NCBI GenBank assembly: GCA_965222905.1
Contig: OZ244976.1
Coordinates: 6,794,012-6,858,011, forward strand
Direction of reading: 5' to 3'
Source of the DNA: Vicinamibacterales bacterium
GTDB taxonomy: Bacteria; Acidobacteriota; Vicinamibacteria; Vicinamibacterales; UBA8438
DNA: 64,000 nt
The position numbers and the translations under genes are program-made. Shown here piece by piece: positions 58,361 through 64,000 of this stretch. Under the pieces are notes generated by a model. That model did not search any database and was not told where the DNA came from. It was given only the letters and a program-made list of their open reading frames with translations. Each line of letters begins with the position of its first letter. The first letter of the stretch is position 1.

Positions 58361-58771
58361 TCAGCGGATGGCCAGGACTGGCCCTTCCGGATGGCGCGGC
58401 GCCAGCGTTCGGTTTCTGCAGTCGGCGACAAGGTCGAGCATTTCGAGTACGACCTGTCCGATCAGGACCTCGCTCCCGGCCGGTCCGACGATGGCCTCGG
58501 TCCGCGTGGCGAGGTTTCCGATCTCGATCGTGACGTCGGTCACGGGCCGTTCTTCGCGGCGCTCGTCCGCGTAGACGACGGTTCTCGTTCCCCAGTGCCG
58601 GAGCCCCAGCTCCGTCGCGATCTCCTCGGGGATTACGAGACTTACCGCCCCGGTGTCGACGACCCCTTCGACCGTCGTTCGTCGGACGTCCGCTTCGACG
58701 CGCAGTCCGAGGTGTACGGCTCCGCGGTCGTCCCTGTTCTCCAGCGTCACGCTGGCTCGAATCTCTCCCAT
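58361..58771 (-). CDS. Clan AA (retropepsin-like) aspartic protease
   Basis: VVDTGAVSLVIP, VLIGQVVLEMLDL. Confidence 0.9.
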   Translation of the reverse strand: MGEIRASVTLENRDDRGAVHLGLRVEADVRRTTVEGVVDTGAVSLVIPEEIATELGLRHWGTRTVVYADERREERPVTDVTIEIGNLATRTEAIVGPAGSEVLIGQVVLEMLDLVADCRNRTLAPRHPEGPVLAIR

Positions 58772-58936
58772 CGTCCTGATCCTCGGATTCTGACGTACCC
58801 GGAACTGCGGGTCCACCGCGTTTCTCCCGGTCTCGTGTTGTTGGGAGTTGGCGTTATCTCCGCCTTCCGGCCCGCTGGTCGGCTCTATTTCGACCGCCGG
58901 TCGGATTTTTCTCGACCGACTCTACCCGCTTTTCGG

Positions 58937-59527
58937 TCATCGGGCGCCTTTCCAGCGTCCTGGAGCGCGCTCACGAAACGCAAGCGGTTCGACCGGCCGG
59001 CCTCCACGAGCGCCCAAGTTGTCGTCGCGCAGAGGGGGATCGCCATCCAGAATCGGCCCGGCGGTATGGATCGTCGGGCCACGCATCTCGCCCCGGGCGA
59101 TACGGTCGCGCCACTCCAGGATGTACGGGCGGCCATCCATGTTGCGGACGGTCGTGACCCCGTTGGCGAGAAACAGATCGAGCACCCGTGGATCGTTGCC
59201 GTACTCCAGGTGGACATGCATGTCCGCCAGGCCGGGCATGAGGTACTTGTCGGTGCCGTCGACGATCGCGAACGTGTCGGGCACGCTGACGTCTTCCCGG
59301 TTCCCGATGCTGACCACGGCGCCGCCGGAAACGAGCACCGTCTGATCGGGAACCGCGGCGACTTCGCCGACCATGGACAGGACGCTGACGCCGACGAACG
59401 CGATGTCCCGGACGGCGGGAGGGGCGGCCGGCTCCGGAGGCGGCTGCCCGCATGCGGACAGCACCGTGCAGAGCCCGAGGGTGACGCGCGCGAGCAGTAG
59501 GGCCAACGGCGATTTCACGGACAGCAT
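58937..59527 (-). pseudogene. Amidohydrolase-family lipoprotein, C-terminally truncated
   Basis: Lipobox LSAC; VDGTDKYLMPGLADMHVH; ANGVTTVRNM; ends after about 180 aa. Confidence 0.8.
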
Positions 59528-59557
59528 CGGGAGTGCCTTACGGAACCGGAAACGTGG

Positions 59558-60324
59558 CTACGGGAAACGGAGCACGTCCCCGTCCAACGGAAGCCCGGAT
59601 CGGCGGTCGGCTTCCGGAGCCAGTTCGGGCGGTTCCGAATCCGTCCAGTCCGCGACAACGCTGTTTGTTGTTGTCACGCCGAGAAACCCGAACGAATCGA
59701 TGAGGAATGGAAGCCCTTCACCCTCCAAACCGGGCGCGTCGGAGACGTGGAAGTGCAGGTGCGCACCATTCGTATTGCCGGAATTTCCAAGTCGTCCCAG
59801 CATGTCAGCGCGTCTGACTCGTTGTCCGACTTCCACGGCCACGCTGTCCCTTTGGAGATGCGCATAGAGTGCGAACGTGTTCGTGCCGAGCTCGAGCACC
59901 ACGTAGTTCCCGGCGGCGGCTTCCAATGTCACTTCATCCAGCGGAGACGATTGGGCAAGCGGCGGACGGTCGGAAACCCCGTCCCTGATGGCACGGACAA
60001 CGCCTTCGGCCACGGCAATGACCTCCGCTCCGAAGCCGAACCAATCCTCATTCGTCGTACGGTCGACGTCACCGACAACCGCAACGCCGTTCTCGTCCAG
60101 ACCCACGACGTCTATGGCGAATCGTTGTGCGACAATCGCCCGTCCGTTCGAGATGTGCACGCCACCCCAATGACCTCGAAGGGTCCTGGCGGAAACGGAG
60201 TGTACAGCTCGACGGGAGCGTACACCTGGGTGGCCGTGGCGCGCGCCTCCAGATGCAACATGAGCATGGAGACGAATATAGCGACGGTCGCAAAACAAGC
60301 TCCCGTTACCGGCCATCCTGACAT
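59558..60324 (-). pseudogene. M23-family metallopeptidase; signal peptide in a different frame (likely frameshift or deletion)
   Basis: QRFAIDVV, FGAEVIAVAEG, AGNYVVL, YAHL, LGNSGNTNGAHLHF; leader MSGWPVTGACFATVAIFVSML is out of frame. Confidence 0.75.
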
Positions 60325-60458
60325 CGCTGCGCTCCAGTCCTGCTCATCGGGTCCCGCACGTTGCCTGTCAACATGGCCGCAAGCATACAAGATGTCACTC
60401 AGGGGCTGGCTGGGAGGCGGCGCAGGTTGTTGTCGAGGTTGTCGAGGTCAATTCGCGG

Positions 60459-61142
60459 CTATTCCCTGCGCAGGACGCGCGCCGGCTCACCGCTCGTCGC
60501 GCGCAGCGTGGGCATCAGGCACGCCAGCGTCGCCGTGGCCGCCATCAGGGTGGGAGCCGCAAGAAGGTGCGGCCCCCAGCGGTACTTCTCTGCCGTGAGG
60601 CCGTGCCCGGACCGCACGGTTTCGCGAACCCACATCGCGCCGCCGCCGAAGCCGACGTGCAACGTCGTCTTCCCGGTGCTCGCAGCCCTGAAACGTGCTG
60701 TGACCTGGACGTAGTGGGTCGGCGCCGTTCGACAACGGCGTGCTCGTCCGGTCTGTTCGAACCAATGCCCACAAGCAAACGCCCGGCGATGCCCCAACGG
60801 TCGTTCAACCAACGCACCACCCGGGTGTCGACAGTCGGCACCGTCGGCAGCGTGATCAGATCGCCAACGGTGATGGCGGCGTGAAAGCCGCCGCCAAGCT
60901 CGACCTCGTTCCGCGCGGGCCGGTCCGCCGTGCCCCCAATGTTCGTTCGACGACCCGGCGACGCCGAGATCGACCGTCCTGCCCGCCCGCGGCGACTGTT
61001 CGCGCGATGCCGTCAGGTCGGCGTATCGACCGCCTGCATGCAGCTTGATCCAGTCCGTACCGTTTGGTTGGGCCGCGCTGGGACTGACCGCTACGCCCGC
61101 CATGAGCGCCGCTGCCGCGCCGTGTCGGATTGTGAATGTCAT
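60459..61142 (-). pseudogene. Degenerate small beta-barrel gene fused to an ABC-permease C-terminal tail
   Basis: Signal peptide; VRWLNDRWGIAG and HYVQVTARFR...TLHVGFGGG resemble 61342-61932; ends ...ACLMPTLRATSGEPARVLRRE. Confidence 0.55.
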
Positions 61143-61341
61143 GGGGTTCCTCCCGACCACTGATGCTCATCCAGTAGTTGCACAGAACGCTCCTGAAACG
61201 GCTCAGCGAGACGGCCGGTCGGCCGGTGTATCGCCCGCGGGTGGCCCGTCCTGCGCTCCGGACACCCTGGCTGGCTCGCTTCAAGTGAGCCGATCCACCG
61301 GCCATCCGCGCATTCCTCTGTGCGGACGGGAGGAGGAACCG

Positions 61342-61932
61342 ATGACTCATCGACTCGCGAGCGCGTTCGCCGTCGTTCTGCTGGCGGCCTCGCCTGCCCT
61401 GGCGCAGATGGAGCCGAGCCGGGAGCTTGAGCTTGGCGGCGGCTGGTTCCAGGACAACCCGCTGGACGTCGACGACATCGGCGTCGTCCCGTCCGGCCCG
61501 AGCGTCGACTTGGCGTGGACGACGTGGCGGAACGAGCGCACGGGCATAGCCATAGGCGTCACGTCGATCCTGGGACGTGACGCTTCGAGGTGGAGGAAGC
61601 AGGAGGTCGGCATCTACGGGCACGTGACTTGGCGCTGGCGGTGGGTGAACGCCGATGGGCGGGGCTTCCTCCACTTCGGCGTGGGTGCCGGGCCGTTGCT
61701 CGGCCGAGAGAGCACTCCGGTCGTGAGTTGGGACCCCGAGCGTCAGACCTGGTGCTACACCGGTGAAACGAAGCATCGGCTGGGGCTCGCGTTCATCCTG
61801 TGGCACGTCGAGCTGATGGCCACGCGGACCTTGCGGGACGGGCTCGACGTGCGCGTTGGCGTCAGTACCACGCCGCTGCTGTACGTGCCCATAACCGCGC
61901 ATCCGGTCGTGATGGCGGTGTGGAGGTTCTGA
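61342..61932 (+). CDS. Small outer-membrane beta-barrel protein
   Basis: AGGAGG RBS; signal peptide; amphipathic strands; C-terminal aromatic residue (VWRF). Confidence 0.75.
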   Translation: MTHRLASAFAVVLLAASPALAQMEPSRELELGGGWFQDNPLDVDDIGVVPSGPSVDLAWTTWRNERTGIAIGVTSILGRDASRWRKQEVGIYGHVTWRWRWVNADGRGFLHFGVGAGPLLGRESTPVVSWDPERQTWCYTGETKHRLGLAFILWHVELMATRTLRDGLDVRVGVSTTPLLYVPITAHPVVMAVWRF

Positions 61933-62174
61933 CCGCCAAGTGAGCCGAACAACGGCATCGATAGAGTCCGGCGCGCCCGACGCGCAGCGGCCTTCCGGCC
62001 TTCCGCAGGAAGAGTTCAGGAGGGAGCGACCCCAGGAGCGACCCCCGGCCCGGCAGGTGTAACGAAGGCACACCTGCCGAGGCCGCAAGCATTCCCCGGT
62101 AGGAGGCGGCCGGGCGGGCCGGTGGCCGCGCGCATGAGCCGGCCCAGGTGCTCGCGTCCCGCAAGGAGCTTGTC

Positions 62175-62855
62175 ATGCCGTATGACGTTCGGCGCTTCGC
62201 AATGTTCGTGGGCGGACTGATGTGCCTGGTGCTGCCGGCGTCCGCCGCCGAGGCCCAGACCCGACCGCATCGATTCGAGATCGCGGACGGCACGATGTAC
62301 GGCTTCCAGGATCCGGAGCGGCCGGTGACTGCCGGGTGGATCGTGTCGAGCGGTTTCGACCTTGGGCGGCAGTCGTTCGTGGTGGAGGGCGCGTGGCACC
62401 GGGACGCCTACGCTCTGGAGCACCCGTGGGACTTCGACGAGGTGTTCCGCGAGAGGCTTCAGAGCCGTTACTGGATGCTGCTGGGCGGCGTCCGGGGCGG
62501 AAAGCGTCAAGGGCGCGTGGCGCCGTACTACCAAGTCCTGGCCGGTGGCTTCGCGGCCCGTTTCAGGAGGGACTACGAGTGGCCGGCGTCGATCGACACC
62601 GAGACGGCGAACACCGAGTGCGGAGGCTACGTTGACGGAGTGCTGGTCCATCCGTGCCTCTACGTGCCGTACCCCGAGTTCGACGAAGAGCGCCGGGCCG
62701 GGTTCGTCATGCAGCCGGGGATGGGCGTGGACGTGAACGTCTGGCGGCGATTCACGCTCCGTCTGGCGGCCGATCTGCCGATCCTGGCGAGCGGCGACTA
62801 CGTCATCCTCCGGCCGAAGCTCTCCGCCCGCGTCGTCGTCGCGCTGGGGCGCTGA
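62175..62855 (+). CDS. Small outer-membrane beta-barrel protein
   Basis: AAGGAG RBS; signal peptide; APYYQVLAGGF, FVMQPGMGVDVNV. Confidence 0.75.
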   Translation: MPYDVRRFAMFVGGLMCLVLPASAAEAQTRPHRFEIADGTMYGFQDPERPVTAGWIVSSGFDLGRQSFVVEGAWHRDAYALEHPWDFDEVFRERLQSRYWMLLGGVRGGKRQGRVAPYYQVLAGGFAARFRRDYEWPASIDTETANTECGGYVDGVLVHPCLYVPYPEFDEERRAGFVMQPGMGVDVNVWRRFTLRLAADLPILASGDYVILRPKLSARVVVALGR

Positions 62856-62899
62856 CGCCGCGAGAGACCGCATCGTGTGGAGCGCTCACGAGGCGATTG

Positions 62900-63151
62900 G
62901 TGAGCCGGCGCGCAAGGTCCTCCCTGGCGCGGTGTCAGCGGCACGAGGCGACCACCTGCACCAGGCGCTCCGGGGCCGCAAACGGCCCGCCGCGCCGCGC
63001 GCGGCGACATACCCCTGGCCAGGTTCTGCTCGACCAGCATGCCGAAATAGCCGTCGAGCTCCTCGCGGAGCTCCCGCTCGACCTCGTCGCGGCGGAAGAT
63101 GGCGCGCAGGAAGTGGCTGCACGGGGCGAGCAGCGAGTCGATGACCGACAC
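62900..63151 (-). pseudogene. ABC permease N-terminal prefix domain only
   Basis: LRAIFRRDEVERELREELDGYFGMLVEQNLARGMSPRAARRA; rest absent. Confidence 0.8.
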
Positions 63152-63160
63152 TTCGACTTC

Positions 63161-63487
63161 CTACGCGGTGTCCAACGCCAGGTCGATGGCCACCGAGATG
63201 CGCTTCCAGTTGCGCGCCTCGGCTTCCAACTGATGCCGGCCGTCCGGCGTCAACTCGTAGTACTTCGCTTTCCGATTGGTCTCCGAGCGCCCCCACTCGG
63301 CCGTCAGCCAGCCCTTCTGCGCAAGGCGGTGCAGGGCCGGGAAGAGCGAGCCGGGGTTGACGCGGAACGCCCCCTGCGTAATCTGCTCCACCCGCCGCGC
63401 GATCCCGAGGCCGTGGTCCGGCCCCGTCGTGAGCGCACGGAGAATCAGCAGGTCGAGGGTGCCGCGCATGAGGTCGGTTCGGGACAT
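63161..63487 (-). CDS. PadR-family transcriptional regulator
   Basis: LMRGTLDLLILRAL..GPDHGLGIARRVEQ...GSLFPALHRL...RKAKYYELT. Confidence 0.95.
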   Translation of the reverse strand: MSRTDLMRGTLDLLILRALTTGPDHGLGIARRVEQITQGAFRVNPGSLFPALHRLAQKGWLTAEWGRSETNRKAKYYELTPDGRHQLEAEARNWKRISVAIDLALDTA

Positions 63488-63508
63488 CGGCGTGTCTCCT
63501 GGCATCCC

Positions 63509-63555
63509 TATCGAATTTCGACAAGACTAACCATAGGACCTATCGAATGTCAATG
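63509..63555. promoter_or_regulatory. Candidate PadR operator(s)
   Basis: TATCG-AATTT-CGACA (63509-23) and a weaker TATCG-AATGT-CAATG (63541-55) just upstream of padR. Confidence 0.35.
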
Positions 63556-64000
63556 GATCCCGAAGGTCGCGATGCAGCCGGTTGCAGCACGGTTGAAGCG
63601 CGTATAGCGATTGCCATGTCGCCGCTGACGGTGGACAGTTTCAGGCGGGCGCCGCCGGCGGCGGCAATCCCTCGAATCGCGCGGCGTCCTCCCTCGAAGA
63701 CGGGCGTGTGGCGGGACAGGTCGCCCCGGCCGACGAGGATGGGAATGTCGGAACGCAGGTCTCCGTTGAAGGACTGCGCATCCAGCTCGAATCCCGAGCC
63801 GCCCGGCACCGTCAGGAAGATGCCACCGGAGTGCGAACGCAATTCGTACCGGCCGTCGGCAGCGAGCGCGCCGTCGAAGGTCACCGCTCCCGATACCGTC
63901 TCCACCGCGACGCGATGGGACTGGACTCCTTGCAGCGCCACCGCGCCGCCGAAGGACTTCACTTGCAGCCGCGGTACCCGGACCCTTTCGATATCGATGT
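63540..64000 (-). CDS. DUF4097-like beta-strand repeat protein, 5' end outside the window
   Basis: Repeating VETVSGAV / LRSHSGGI / AQSFNGDL / LSTVSGDM units. Confidence 0.8.
   Translation of the reverse strand, partial: IDIERVRVPRLQVKSFGGAVALQGVQSHRVAVETVSGAVTFDGALAADGRYELRSHSGGIFLTVPGGSGFELDAQSFNGDLRSDIPILVGRGDLSRHTPVFEGGRRAIRGIAAAGGARLKLSTVSGDMAIAIRASTVLQPAASRPSGSIDIR

Noticed and set aside
1-64000. CRISPR array, cas genes, reverse transcriptase/retron, rRNA
   Set aside because: No regularly spaced repeats and no recognisable motifs were found by eye; the repeats seen are IS ends or gene duplications.

Overview
High-GC accessory region, heavily eroded by insertion sequences. PadR plus FtsX/MacB-type ABC permease remnants and a HlyD/ABC-ATPase pair suggest Acidobacteriota; Sel1 and autotransporter remnants hint at a host-associated lifestyle (both are inference). 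About 1-10 kb: a DAACS symporter among small secreted and membrane hypothetical proteins. About 10-41 kb: an island with ISKra4-, IS4- (DUF4338/DruA-fused), IS1- and ISAzo13-family elements, a 176-bp ISAzo13-derived MITE, a tyrosine integrase, a nucleotidyltransferase TA-like operon, a duplicated DUF2321+HEPN cassette, a DnaQ-BRCT exonuclease, a metallophosphoesterase, and a broken type I RM locus (hsdM-hicB-hicA-truncated hsdS). The island ends at an aberrant tRNA-Ser-like sequence. About 41-64 kb: a TAT-signal alpha-hydroxy-acid oxidase, IS1634, Phd/ParE, DoxX, a coupled unknown-protein + RelE-like/SF1-helicase operon, a second ISKra4-family IS, efflux ABC genes, small beta-barrel genes, PadR and a partial DUF4097 gene. 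Best candidates for an undescribed system are the helicase two-gene operon, the IS1-borne DUF2321-HEPN cassette and the tRNA-like RNA. All family assignments come from motif recognition by eye; no HMM, BLAST or structure search was run.
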